DNA of 64,000 nt, taken from contig DAIMCS010000001.1 in NCBI GenBank assembly GCA_036726225.1, positions 188,885 to 252,884 of the forward strand, written 5' to 3'. Shown here one piece after another: positions 47,471-57,203 of this stretch. The stretch comes from Patescibacteria group bacterium (GTDB lineage Bacteria > Patescibacteriota > Doudnabacteria > UBA920). The notes below the pieces were generated by a model. It was not told the DNA's origin. It did not search any database and worked only from the letters and a program-made list of their open reading frames with translations. Within the stretch, counting starts at the first letter, position 1. Every line of letters starts with the position of its first letter. The translations under genes were made by a program, and so were the position numbers.

Positions 47471-47695
47471 TTATTTTCCCATATTTTCTATACGCTCTTT
47501 ACAATCTTGGATAAGTCGTTCAGCATCTTCTGTGGGCATTCCTCTCTGTTTCATTTCTTTTAAAGTATCTTCTATATACTTAGGAACTGTCGAAGTTACT
47601 GCCCCCTTTTTAACTTCTGACATCCACTGCTCTGTTCCGCTCCTAATTAGCTGGCTAAACCAACCTTGATCATGTTCCAGTTTTGTTTCATCCAT
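47471..47695 (-). CDS. Hypothetical small protein
   Basis: 74 aa; terminator-like hairpin at 47438-47468. Confidence 0.4.
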   Translation of the reverse strand: MDETKLEHDQGWFSQLIRSGTEQWMSEVKKGAVTSTVPKYIEDTLKEMKQRGMPTEDAERLIQDCKERIENMGK

Positions 47696-47957
47696 AATTT
47701 TCTGATTATTAATTTAAATGCATTATACTCACTCTAAAACAGATCGTCAAACCTTACTAAAAGTCGACGGGAGATTTGAGGCAGGCGTGTCTGAAACCAG
47801 TCGAAAAAAGAATACGGCACGAATGCCTGAACCCGAGTCATTTACACCACCCCTCCTGCTTAAGGAAATTTAAAGCTACCATAATACCAAAAAATAGCCA
47901 AAAATCTAGCCCAAAACCCCTTTTCTTTTTGCCCTAAAACCGCTATAATTCATCTAT

Positions 47958-48584
47958 ATGCAAATCCAGTATTTCGGGCTTTCCAGCTTCAAAATCACCA
48001 CTAAAGAAGCCACAATTATCACCGATCCCTTCCATAAAGACAGCGGCCTAGTTGCCCCCAGGGGAGCCGCCGATATTTTAATTTTGGCCCAAAAAAACAG
48101 CAAGCTTTACAGCGCAGATTCCGGCATTTCAGGGGAACATTTTGACATAACTGACCCAGGCGAATACGACATAAAAGGCGTAACTGTAACCGGCATCCCG
48201 CTCAAGCAGGACGACAAGTACGTAACCGTTTTTTTAATTGAAAGCGAAGATATTCGCGTGCTCAACCTTACCCACATCCACGAGTTTAATATGAAGGAAG
48301 ACGAAGTGGAAAGTTTGGGGGAGATTGATATTTTAATTTTGCCTGTAGGCGGCAACACGGTTATGTCGGCGGCAGCCGCTGCCAAGGTTGTAAATGAAAT
48401 TGAACCAAAAATTGTTATTCCGTCCCACTATAAAATGACAGATTTAATACTCGATTTAGATGCGCCTGAAAAGTTTGTAAAAGAAATGGGCGGTAAAAAA
48501 GAAGATATGGACAAGTTGAGCATAAAAAAGAAAGAGCTGACAGAAGAGGGAACAAAATTAGTGGTGCTTGAACCATTAAGGTAA
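47958..48584 (+). CDS. MBL-fold metal-dependent hydrolase (UPF0173-like)
   Basis: 208 aa; beta-lactamase fold sequence pattern, weak. Confidence 0.5.
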   Translation: MQIQYFGLSSFKITTKEATIITDPFHKDSGLVAPRGAADILILAQKNSKLYSADSGISGEHFDITDPGEYDIKGVTVTGIPLKQDDKYVTVFLIESEDIRVLNLTHIHEFNMKEDEVESLGEIDILILPVGGNTVMSAAAAAKVVNEIEPKIVIPSHYKMTDLILDLDAPEKFVKEMGGKKEDMDKLSIKKKELTEEGTKLVVLEPLR

Positions 48585-48589
48585 ACCAT

Positions 48590-48690
48590 ACAAATATACA
48601 AATGGACAAATGATGCTGATAACAACAAATCTAAATCCATAAATCCGTAGTTATTTGTTTCATTTGTGCATTTGTTAATTTGTATTTATG
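48590..48690. repeat. Inverted-repeat element ACAAATGGACAAATGA...TTCATTTGTGCATTTG (copy 2)
   Basis: Paralog of 24120-24200. Confidence 0.6.
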
Positions 48691-48894
48691 AATTTCATCC
48701 AAAAAATCCAAAATAAAACCACGGCTGAAAAAATGCGAATTATTTGGATTGTGGTAATTATCGCGGCGATTTTGTTGGTTGGGATCTGGATTATAAGCGC
48801 AAAATATTACAAGAATACGGATAAAGACACTACGTTTTTTGAAAGCATAGGCAACGGAGTAAAAGAAGTAAAAGATAACTACAAAAAAAATTGA
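48688..48894 (+). CDS. Hypothetical small membrane protein
   Basis: 68 aa, one TM helix. Confidence 0.35.
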   Translation: MNFIQKIQNKTTAEKMRIIWIVVIIAAILLVGIWIISAKYYKNTDKDTTFFESIGNGVKEVKDNYKKN

Positions 48895-48981
48895 CCAGGA
48901 TTAAATAAGATTTAAAAGATTGAACATGATTTATAATTCTTGTCATTCTTGATCAATCATGGTCAATCTTGTCAATCCCTT

Positions 48982-51447
48982 ATGCCCAAAGATTCATCGC
49001 AGCCATTATCAAGTGACATTGGTGTAGTCAAAGCCCGCGACATCCAAACCGAAATGCAGGAGTCGTATTTAGACTACGCCATGAGCGTAATTGTCAGCCG
49101 CGCCCTGCCCGACGTGCGTGATGGTCTTAAACCTGTGCACAGGCGCATTCTGTACGTTATGCACGAACTGGGCCTTAGGCACAACGTTAAATTCCGCAAA
49201 TCGGCAGCCGTAGTTGGAGATGTGCTTGGTAAATACCATCCGCACGGCGACATTGCGGTTTACGACTCTATGGTGCATATGGCGCAAGAATTTGCCATGC
49301 GCTACCCGTTAATAGACGGCCAGGGAAACTTTGGCTCTATGGACGGGGACGGCGCTGCGGCCATGCGTTACACCGAAGCCAGAATGTCAGCCTTAGCAGA
49401 AGAGTTGCTGGTTGACCTGGATAAAGAGACAGTGGACTGGAGAGATAACTACGATGCCACCAGAAAAGAGCCAATTGTTTTGCCCGGCAAAATGCCTAAC
49501 CTGCTTTTAAACGGCATCTTGGGTATTGCTGTGGGTATGGCAACTGACATTCCGCCGCACAATTTAACCGAAGTGGCAGACGCCATAATTAAACTGATTG
49601 ACGACCCCGAAGCAACCACCGAGGACTTGCTGGAATTTATTAAAGGCCCGGATTTCCCCACAGGCGGCATTATTTACGACGTAGCCGCCATTAAAAACGC
49701 CTATGCCACGGGTAAAGGCGGCATTGTAATGCGGGGCAAAACTGAAATTACCGAAACCAAAACCGGCGCTTTCCAAATTTTAATTCACGAAATTCCGTAC
49801 CGTGTTAACAAGGCCACAATGCTTGAAAAAATTGCGGAGCTTGTGCGCGACAAAAAAATTGAAGGCATTAAAGACGTTAGGGATGAAAGTGACAAAGACG
49901 GCGTTAGGATTGTGGTTGATGTTAAAAAAGACGGGCTGCCGAATAAAATTTTAAACCAACTTTTTTCCTACACCCAACTACAGGAAACTTTTCACTTAAA
50001 TATGCTGGCGTTAGTAGACGGGATTGAGCCGCACGTTTTAAATTTAAAAACGGTACTTGAAAAATATTTAGAGCACCGCCAGGTGGTTATAAAAAGACGC
50101 ACGGCTTTTGAACTTAAAAAAGCCAAAGAACGCGCGCATATTTTAGAAGGCCTGAAAAAAGCCCTCGACCATATTGACGACGTTATAAACACCATCCGCA
50201 AAAGCCCGACCAAAGAAGAAGCGCATGCCAACTTAATGAAAAAGTTTAAGCTGACGGACATTCAGTCTGCCGCAATTTTGGAAATGCGTTTGCAAACTTT
50301 GGCCGGACTGGAACGCAAGAAAATTGACGACGAACTTAAAGAAAAAAAGGTTTTAATAGAAGAGCTGGAAGGCATTTTACAATCTACCAAAAAAATCCTG
50401 GCCATTATTAGAAAAGAAGTTTTGGAGCTTAAAGAAAAATTTGGCGACGAGCGCCGCACACAGGTGGTTAAAAACGCCATTGGTTCGTTTAGCGCCGAAG
50501 ACCTAATTCCCGAAAGCAACGTAATAATTACCGTCACAAAGAGTGGTTACGTAAAACGCCTGGCGCCTGACACTTACAAAGCGCAGGCCCGCGGAGGCAA
50601 AGGCATTATTGGTCAGTCGTTAAAGGAAGAGGACGTTGTCGACAAGCTTATTAGCTCAAATACCCACGACGACATTTTATTCTTTACCAATAAAGGCAGG
50701 GTTTTCCAAACCAAAGTTTATGAGCTTCCCGAAGGCAGCCGCACAGCCAAAGGCCAGGCCTTAGTTAACTTTTTACAGCTGCAGGCAAACGAAACCGCCC
50801 AAGCGATTTTAACCCTTTCCAAAAAGGACGAAACTAAATTCTTAGTTATGGCCACTAAAAAAGGCCTTATTAAAAAAACTTCGCGCGAGGAATTCCAAAA
50901 AGTCCGCAGAAGCGGGATGATAGCCATTACTTTACGCGATGGCGATGAACTAAAGTGGGTGGAATCTTCCGGCGGCGATGACCAGGTTATGCTTTCAACT
51001 TCCGGCGGCCAGGCAATTAGATTTAGTGAAAAAGATGTCCGTCCTATGGGCAGGTCTGCTGCGGGTGTTACCGGTATGCGTATGAGGGGCGATGACCAAA
51101 TTATTTCCATGGACATTATTCGCAAAGAGGTAGACGTTAAAGCTTTAGAAGTTTTGGTCATAACCGAAAACGGCCTTGGCAAAAAAACCGAAGCCGGCTT
51201 TTACAAAGTCCAAAACCGCGGCGGCAGCGGAATAAAAACCTTAAAAGTCACACCTAAAACCGGAAAAATTGTGGCAATGTATATACTCAACAACGCTGAA
51301 GAGCACGACCTGGTAATAATTTCCAAAATGGGCCAAACCATCCGCACCCCGCTTAACAACGTCTCTACCTTAGGCCGCGCCACACAGGGTGTAAGGGTAA
51401 TGAGATTAGATGAAGGCGACAAAGTAGCAAGTGCGACAATCATATAA
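48982..51447 (+). CDS. gyrA: DNA gyrase subunit A
   Basis: [29 protein letters not shown]..., active-site AAMRYTE; start moved to ATG 48982 (MPKDSS) because track TTG-start extension is TTGTCAAT repeat sequence. Confidence 0.95.
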   Translation: MPKDSSQPLSSDIGVVKARDIQTEMQESYLDYAMSVIVSRALPDVRDGLKPVHRRILYVMHELGLRHNVKFRKSAAVVGDVLGKYHPHGDIAVYDSMVHMAQEFAMRYPLIDGQGNFGSMDGDGAAAMRYTEARMSALAEELLVDLDKETVDWRDNYDATRKEPIVLPGKMPNLLLNGILGIAVGMATDIPPHNLTEVADAIIKLIDDPEATTEDLLEFIKGPDFPTGGIIYDVAAIKNAYATGKGGIVMRGKTEITETKTGAFQILIHEIPYRVNKATMLEKIAELVRDKKIEGIKDVRDESDKDGVRIVVDVKKDGLPNKILNQLFSYTQLQETFHLNMLALVDGIEPHVLNLKTVLEKYLEHRQVVIKRRTAFELKKAKERAHILEGLKKALDHIDDVINTIRKSPTKEEAHANLMKKFKLTDIQSAAILEMRLQTLAGLERKKIDDELKEKKVLIEELEGILQSTKKILAIIRKEVLELKEKFGDERRTQVVKNAIGSFSAEDLIPESNVIITVTKSGYVKRLAPDTYKAQARGGKGIIGQSLKEEDVVDKLISSNTHDDILFFTNKGRVFQTKVYELPEGSRTAKGQALVNFLQLQANETAQAILTLSKKDETKFLVMATKKGLIKKTSREEFQKVRRSGMIAITLRDGDELKWVESSGGDDQVMLSTSGGQAIRFSEKDVRPMGRSAAGVTGMRMRGDDQIISMDIIRKEVDVKALEVLVITENGLGKKTEAGFYKVQNRGGSGIKTLKVTPKTGKIVAMYILNNAEEHDLVIISKMGQTIRTPLNNVSTLGRATQGVRVMRLDEGDKVASATII

Positions 51448-51454
51448 ACTAAAA

Positions 51455-51479
51455 CTCCGGCAACCCGCCGGAGTTTTTT
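51455..51479 (+). terminator. Rho-independent terminator after gyrA (bidirectional with tRNA-Ile)
   Basis: aaaactccggcaacccgccggagtttttt. Confidence 0.8.
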
Positions 51480-51523
51480 AATAAACTACGATTATTTTTC
51501 TGAATTCATAAAATAAAATTTTC

Positions 51524-51600
51524 TGGTGGGCGTGCTAGGACTCGAACCTAGGACCCTCTTGGTATAAGCAAGATGCTCTAACCAACTGAGCTACACGCCC
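51524..51600 (-). tRNA. tRNA-Ile(TAT)
   Basis: rc GGGCGTGTAGCTCAGTTGGTTAGAGCA TCTTG CTTATAC CAAGA GGGTC CTAGGTTCGAGTCCTAG CACGCCCACCA; anticodon UAU. Confidence 0.7.
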
Positions 51601-51614
51601 ATAAATCCCATATA

Positions 51615-52286
51615 TTATATTCTATTTCCATAATAATCTGCAATAGCCTTAAGCGCGGCCATAACTCTTTCTTTAAGCCTGCTATTGTTGACTAATAAAC
51701 CGCAAGTCCCGTGGCCAAAGGTGCCTTTATTTGTTATTGCTGCTTTATTAGTTTTCTTAACATAAGGGTTACGGAACTGGCTTAATGGCATTTTCAATTC
51801 CTTGCTCCAAAATTTTATTTCCTCGTCTATATCCATATCATTGTACAAATGCAAGTGCACTTTAATTTGTTTGACTGGGACACCAAGGATGTTTTTATAC
51901 CAAGACAAACCAAACTTCACCAACTGAGGGTTTGTGTTATAAAGACCTAGAGGATATTTTAAATCCTTTACACCTTCACCCCAATATAGAAACAGGCCGG
52001 CAATGAATAATTCTTTTTTTGAAAGCGGCAAATGCTTTGCTTTTTCTTGAATATAAAAATCGTCAAAACGCTTTTCTCTTTTGGCCTGCATAGTCTGCCT
52101 AAATCTCTCTATCCTGACTTCATTTACATCTCTCAAGAGCCTTATTTGCTGTTTACTAAGCGGGTACTTTCTTAACCATAGACTCAAACTGCTCTTGCTG
52201 ACTCTCAGCACAGATTTTATTTGGCTATAACTTTTACCTTGTTTTCTCAGCTCCAATGCTTGATTTTTTAATTCCAATTTAGCCAT
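51615..52286 (-). CDS. HTH-domain protein with possible single LAGLIDADG-like motif (hypothetical)
   Basis: 223 aa; N-terminal HTH (LELRKQGKSYSQIKSVLRVSKSSLSLWLRKY); FIAGLFLYWGEGVK resembles LAGLIDADG; abuts tRNA-Ile. Confidence 0.35.
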   Translation of the reverse strand: MAKLELKNQALELRKQGKSYSQIKSVLRVSKSSLSLWLRKYPLSKQQIRLLRDVNEVRIERFRQTMQAKREKRFDDFYIQEKAKHLPLSKKELFIAGLFLYWGEGVKDLKYPLGLYNTNPQLVKFGLSWYKNILGVPVKQIKVHLHLYNDMDIDEEIKFWSKELKMPLSQFRNPYVKKTNKAAITNKGTFGHGTCGLLVNNSRLKERVMAALKAIADYYGNRI

Positions 52287-52388
52287 AAATATTGAGTGCT
52301 ACTATATACCCATTATATAATAAAGGTTCATTTATTACAAATCTGGTTTATTTGCAGAAATATTATTTTATGTTAAACTACGCACATT

Positions 52389-53075
52389 ATGACATTATCT
52401 TTATTTGTGTTTTGGGGAGTTTTAATTTCGCTGCTCACTTCAGTAGCGGCTTTTTATGCCCGTCGGTACGAACGGTCAGATGCACTGATTGTTCTTTATG
52501 TAGTGCTTATTTTATTTGCCAACCTAACCGCATCTAAAATAGTGAGTTTTGATTTGGGCTTTACTCAAATTTTTGCGCCCGCCGCAGTGTTAATTTTTGC
52601 CGTTACCTTTTTGCTTACCGACATTGTTAACGAAAAATTCGGCCGCAAAGAGACACAAAGAATGATATTTATAGCTTTTGCTTCCCAGATTGTATTAAGC
52701 ATTTTTTCTTACCTAATTGTTAAAACCACCCCTGCCCCGTTTTTCCAAAACCAATCCGCTTTTGAAGCAGTGTTTGGTTATGTGCCGAGAATTGTATTTG
52801 CCAGCCTTACTGCCTTTTTAATTAGCGAAAACGCGGATGCATATATTTTTGCCTGGTTTAAAAACAAAACTTCCGGCAAATATTTATGGATGCGCAACGC
52901 TTTTTCATCCCTTCCTTCCATGTTAATCGATAGCGCAATTTTTATTACCATTGCTTTTTACGGCGGACCGGTTCCTCTAATGGGATTAATTATTGGACAG
53001 ACAACAATTAAATGGCTCATTGGAATTATCGATATTCCATTTATGTACGGAGCGAGAAGAATTTTAAAAGGTTAA
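52389..53075 (+). CDS. Queuosine precursor transporter (YhhQ/DUF165, VUT family)
   Basis: 228 aa; 6 TM; conserved DUF165 pattern. Confidence 0.7.
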   Translation: MTLSLFVFWGVLISLLTSVAAFYARRYERSDALIVLYVVLILFANLTASKIVSFDLGFTQIFAPAAVLIFAVTFLLTDIVNEKFGRKETQRMIFIAFASQIVLSIFSYLIVKTTPAPFFQNQSAFEAVFGYVPRIVFASLTAFLISENADAYIFAWFKNKTSGKYLWMRNAFSSLPSMLIDSAIFITIAFYGGPVPLMGLIIGQTTIKWLIGIIDIPFMYGARRILKG

Positions 53076-53078
53076 TAC

Positions 53079-53332
53079 CTCTTGCAAAAAAAATTTAGAT
53101 GTGCTATAATAACTATAGAAAAGTTAGTTCTTCACTCGAAGAAACCAAAATAAAAACCAATTAAATAGGTTTTAAGCGGTCCCGACTCTTCGGGACACAT
53201 ATCGTCTTTATTTTTTAGGCGATGGGCCGCAAAGCAAAATTTTCCGGCCTTTTAAAACTTCTTTTAACTTTTCCGAAAAACCCCTTTTGCCACAAGACCC
53301 GACGGTCAGGCAAAATAAGGGGTTTTTTCCTT
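53079..53332 (+). ncRNA. Candidate small RNA with consensus promoter and intrinsic terminator
   Basis: TTGCAA-17-TATAAT (53079-53107); hairpins gttcttcactcgaagaaac and ggtcccgactcttcgggac; terminator aaaaaccccttttgcc...ggcaaaataaggggttttttcc about 53275-53332; no ORF. Confidence 0.4.
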
Positions 53333-53401
53333 TTTGGACTTGGCTGATACCCAGTTATTGTTGTATACTTAGAAAATAAAAATATTAATTTACTGGGGTT
53401 T

Positions 53402-53680
53402 ATGGATCAAGAAGATATAAAATCACTGTTCGACGACAAATATCGCAAACTTTTAGGTATGTCGTATGAGGAATGGAGCGAGCAGGGTCCGCAAAACGAA
53501 ACCGAAGCCTACGCCAGGATGCAGGAAATAGATGACGAGCTTAAAGGCTCTTACGATGAATGGTTTGAGGCTGAAGGTGATACTAAGGCAGAATTAGAAG
53601 ACTATCGGGATAAACTAAAAGCTGAATACGACTTTATAGAAGGCGCTTTCGGACTGGAAGCGCCGGATAAGAATTGGTAG
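53402..53680 (+). CDS. Hypothetical acidic protein
   Basis: 92 aa, highly acidic. Confidence 0.4.
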   Translation: MDQEDIKSLFDDKYRKLLGMSYEEWSEQGPQNETEAYARMQEIDDELKGSYDEWFEAEGDTKAELEDYRDKLKAEYDFIEGAFGLEAPDKNW

Positions 53681-53744
53681 CAGATTAACTAATAACTGGT
53701 AATTAATAACTTATAACGGTTACTAGTTATAAATTAATTGTTAT

Positions 53745-54500
53745 ATGTTATACATCGTAGCCACCCCAATTGGAAACCTGGGAGACATTACTTTGCGGGC
53801 CATTGAAACTTTAAAGGCCTGCGCTTTTGTTATTGCTGAAAATCCGGGATACAGCAGAAGGTTGTTACAACATATAGACAGCCTTTCTTCCAATACCATT
53901 CCCGCGAAAGCGGGAATCCAGATGTCGATGTCTGGATCCCCGATCAGGTCGGGGATGGAAAACAAATTAGCCAATAAAGAGATAGTCCAATTTGCAGAAC
54001 ACAACGAACAGCAGGTTGTTAAAGATTTAACACGCCGATTGGGAAAAGCAGACGGGGCTTTAATTACCGACGCCGGCACTCCGGGAATTTCCGACCCGGG
54101 CTTTAGGCTAGTACGTGAATGCGTTAAAGAAAATATCCAGGTTATTCCCATCCCGGGAGCCAATGCTGCCACGGTCGCGCTTTCTGCCTCCGGACTTCCG
54201 ACTGACAAATTTTTATTTTTAGGCTTTTTGCAAAAAACCGCGGCCAAGACAGTGGAAGCGTTACAATCTGCAGCCGATGCAGAGGCAACTGCAATATTTT
54301 ACGAATCACCCGAAAGAATTTTTAAAACTTTGGGCTATATAAATAATGCTTTCCCTACGTCGCAGGTGGTAATTGGGCGCGAGCTTACTAAAATCCACGA
54401 AGAATTTATTCGCGGGACTCCGGACTCGGTGATGGCAGATTTAAAAAAACGAGCGTCTATAAAAGGCGAGCTCACTGTTCTGGTCAGTTTCAAATCCTAA
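53745..54500 (+). CDS. rsmI: 16S rRNA (cytidine1402-2'-O)-methyltransferase RsmI with in-frame palindromic-element insertion
   Basis: MLYIVATPIGNLGDITLRAIETL; insertion 53895-53957 encodes ...TIPAKAGIQMSMSGSPIRSGMEN... Confidence 0.8.
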   Translation: MLYIVATPIGNLGDITLRAIETLKACAFVIAENPGYSRRLLQHIDSLSSNTIPAKAGIQMSMSGSPIRSGMENKLANKEIVQFAEHNEQQVVKDLTRRLGKADGALITDAGTPGISDPGFRLVRECVKENIQVIPIPGANAATVALSASGLPTDKFLFLGFLQKTAAKTVEALQSAADAEATAIFYESPERIFKTLGYINNAFPTSQVVIGRELTKIHEEFIRGTPDSVMADLKKRASIKGELTVLVSFKS

Positions 54501-54524
54501 TTCCTATTTCCTAAATCCTACTCT

Positions 54525-55241
54525 ATGTCCGGGCATAGCAAATGGTCACAAATTAAACGCACCAAAGGGGTCTTAGACCAAAAACGGGGACTGCTATTTT
54601 CCCGCTTAGGCAAAAAAATCTCCATTGCAGTAAAAGAAGGCGGGAGCGGGGACCCGGGTTCTAATTTTAAATTAAAAAGCGTTATTGAATATGCCAAAGC
54701 CCAAGGCATGCCCAATGACAACGTAGAGAGGGCAATTAAGAGCGCCACAGGCAAAGACGCCAAAGAAATTAAAGAAGTCATCTACGAAGGCTATGGGCCG
54801 TTTGGCACAGCTTTTTTAGTAGAAGCGGCAACGGACAACAGCAACCGCACTTACAACAACATAAAATTAATTTTCTCCCAAGCCGGAGGTAGTATTGGCG
54901 CGCAAGGCAGTGTAGCCTGGCAATTTTCGACCAAAGGCCAAATTTTAGTAGAGCGGGATAATAATCTGGCCAATATTGAAATGGCGGCCATTGATGCCGG
55001 CGCAGAAGACGTGCGCGAATCTGCAGAAGGTTTGGAAGTTTACACCCAGGCGCAGGATTTAAATAAAATTAAAGAAATTCTGGCAAAAGCGGGGGCTAAA
55101 ATAGCGCAGGCGGATATTATAAAAGAGTCTTCGCAAGGCACGGACCTTACTGAAGAGCAAAAGCCCAAAGTTGATGCGCTTTTTGCGGCCTTAGAGAATG
55201 ATGAAGACGTTTTAGCCGTACATACTAGCGCAAACTTATGA
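54525..55241 (+). CDS. YebC/PmpR family DNA-binding transcriptional regulator
   Basis: MSGHSKWSQIKRTKG... Confidence 0.9.
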   Translation: MSGHSKWSQIKRTKGVLDQKRGLLFSRLGKKISIAVKEGGSGDPGSNFKLKSVIEYAKAQGMPNDNVERAIKSATGKDAKEIKEVIYEGYGPFGTAFLVEAATDNSNRTYNNIKLIFSQAGGSIGAQGSVAWQFSTKGQILVERDNNLANIEMAAIDAGAEDVRESAEGLEVYTQAQDLNKIKEILAKAGAKIAQADIIKESSQGTDLTEEQKPKVDALFAALENDEDVLAVHTSANL

Positions 55242-55726
55242 TCATCCTCGGCATTGACCCCGGCACAGCGACTACCGGATTTGGAATAATTGAGCACACT
55301 AAAAACCAGCCCGAGCTGGTGGATTTTGGAGTAATATCAACGGATAAAAAATTAAGCGACGCCCAAAGGCTGGAAATTTTAGCAACTGATGTTGATCAGC
55401 TAATAAAAAAACACAGACCGGATGCCGTTGGTGTGGAAAAACTTTTTTTAACCACCAACCAAAAAACCGTAATGACAGTGTCGCAGGCCAGGGGAGTGGT
55501 TCTGCTCATTTGCCAAAAAAATAAACTTCCAATTTTTGAATTTACGCCGCTACAAGTGAAAAGCTTTATTTGCGGTTACGGCAAAGCCGAAAAAAAACAG
55601 GTGCAATACATTGTCCAAAAAACTTTTAAATTAAAAAGCGCGCCCAAACCCGACGATGCAGCAGATGCCTTGGCCATAGCGCTTTGCGCAGCGCATCACT
55701 ACGCAAAAAATTTGCGCATTCGATAA
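55238..55726 (+). CDS. ruvC: Crossover junction endodeoxyribonuclease RuvC
   Basis: MIILGIDPGTATTGFGII...; overlaps yebC by 4 nt. Confidence 0.85.
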   Translation: MIILGIDPGTATTGFGIIEHTKNQPELVDFGVISTDKKLSDAQRLEILATDVDQLIKKHRPDAVGVEKLFLTTNQKTVMTVSQARGVVLLICQKNKLPIFEFTPLQVKSFICGYGKAEKKQVQYIVQKTFKLKSAPKPDDAADALAIALCAAHHYAKNLRIR

Positions 55727-55940
55727 CTGCCTGCTATAATCTGTAAACAGTTTGTTTAAAAATTAAAATAATAAACGTATGTTTTTTGACGACGAAGACG
55801 ACATAAAGGACGGCGGCACTGCAGGCGAAACCGAAGCCCCTCCTACTGAAGAGGAAAAAGAAGGCGAAGGTTCAGGCGAAACTGTATAAAAAACGCGGAT
55901 AGCACGCGGATGTGTACGCTGATTACTCGCAGAAAATGAA

Positions 55941-55968
55941 AAACCCCCGAGAAATTCTCGGGGGTTTT
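55941..55968. terminator. Bidirectional intrinsic terminator
   Basis: aaacccccgagaaattctcgggggtttt. Confidence 0.75.
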
Positions 55969-55970
55969 AA

Positions 55971-57143
55971 CTATTTGATTTTTAAAAATCTTTTACCCAA
56001 ACGAAACAAATCGCCGGAAGCAATTTTTACACGGGCATTCTCATCGGTAATTTTTTGCTGATTATGGTTGACCGCGCCTTCTTTAATTTTCCGCCTGGCT
56101 TCCGATTTAGACGAAGCCAGCTTGCCTTCAACTAAAATATCCAGCAAAATATATTCGCCGTCTTTCTTGCTTAAAACCACATCCGGCTCTATTTCTGAAG
56201 ATGAATTTTTCCCAAATTTTTTCCCAAAATTTTCTTTAGCTTGGGCTGCTATTTTGCCGCCATAATACAGCTCTGTAATTTTTTGGGCCAAAACTAATTT
56301 TTGGTCGCGTGGGTTTGCGTTCGAACGCAATATGCCGTCTATTTCCCCGAGTGGCACGCGGGTAGCCAAAATAAAATACTTTTTTATTAAGTCATCGCTA
56401 ATGGACATAACCTTGCCAAACATATCGTTGGGCTCATCTGTCACATTAATAACATTGCCCCAGGAAGAGGACATTTTTCGGCCGTCCGTGCCTTCTAAAA
56501 TCCCCATCATCAAAATATCTTGGGGTTCTTGGTTGTACAGGGGTTGTATGCGCCTGCCGGCCAAAAGATTAAACCTTTGGTCCGTACCGCCTAATTCTAA
56601 ATCAGCCTTAACAGCAACCGAATCGTAACCTTGAAGTAAAGGATACATAGCTTCGTGAAGCGATACCCTTTGCCCGGCCTTCATACGCCTGGCAATAATT
56701 TCACGTGATTCCATTTCATGCAGCCCAAACAGGTTAGCGAGCTTGGCGAGTTCAAAAAATCCTAACTTATTCAGCCATTTGGAATTATAATGAACCTCGG
56801 TCTTTTTCTTGTCCAAAATTTTGTAGGCCTGCTCAAAATATGTCTTCATATTTGCTTTAACTTCTGCTTCTGTAAGCATAGGACGCTCTGAATCTTTGTC
56901 TGAAGTATCACCCACAAGGCCTGTGGAGTCACCAACAATAAACACCGCCTGGTGACCGGCGTCCTGAAAAGCGCGCAATTTTAAAAGCAAAACCGCCCGG
57001 CCAATGTGGATGTTTTGGGAGGTGGGGTCTATGCCCAGTTTTACTCTAAGTTTCTTCTTTGAAACCAGCTGCCGCTCTAAATGATGGTAATCTATAACCT
57101 CTTCCACCCCGCGGCCCAAAAGTTCTGCAATAGGATTATTCAT
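55971..57143 (-). CDS. tyrS: Tyrosine--tRNA ligase
   Basis: 390 aa; class I; KMSSS motif; C-terminal S4 domain. Confidence 0.85.
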   Translation of the reverse strand: MNNPIAELLGRGVEEVIDYHHLERQLVSKKKLRVKLGIDPTSQNIHIGRAVLLLKLRAFQDAGHQAVFIVGDSTGLVGDTSDKDSERPMLTEAEVKANMKTYFEQAYKILDKKKTEVHYNSKWLNKLGFFELAKLANLFGLHEMESREIIARRMKAGQRVSLHEAMYPLLQGYDSVAVKADLELGGTDQRFNLLAGRRIQPLYNQEPQDILMMGILEGTDGRKMSSSWGNVINVTDEPNDMFGKVMSISDDLIKKYFILATRVPLGEIDGILRSNANPRDQKLVLAQKITELYYGGKIAAQAKENFGKKFGKNSSSEIEPDVVLSKKDGEYILLDILVEGKLASSKSEARRKIKEGAVNHNQQKITDENARVKIASGDLFRLGKRFLKIK

Positions 57144-57203
57144 AAATATGACTAATTATAGCATTTTTATTTAATCTCAAAAACCGCTATAATTACTAGC
57201 ACT

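Noticed and set aside
47700-47957. Possible ncRNA in the 260-bp spacer upstream of the MBL-fold gene
   Set aside because: Some hairpin potential (ggcaggcg...cgaatgcctga), but no promoter or terminator pair and no recognisable SRP, 6S or RNase P hallmark; left unannotated.
49069-51443. Minus-strand ORFs within gyrA
   Set aside because: Antisense shadows of gyrA.
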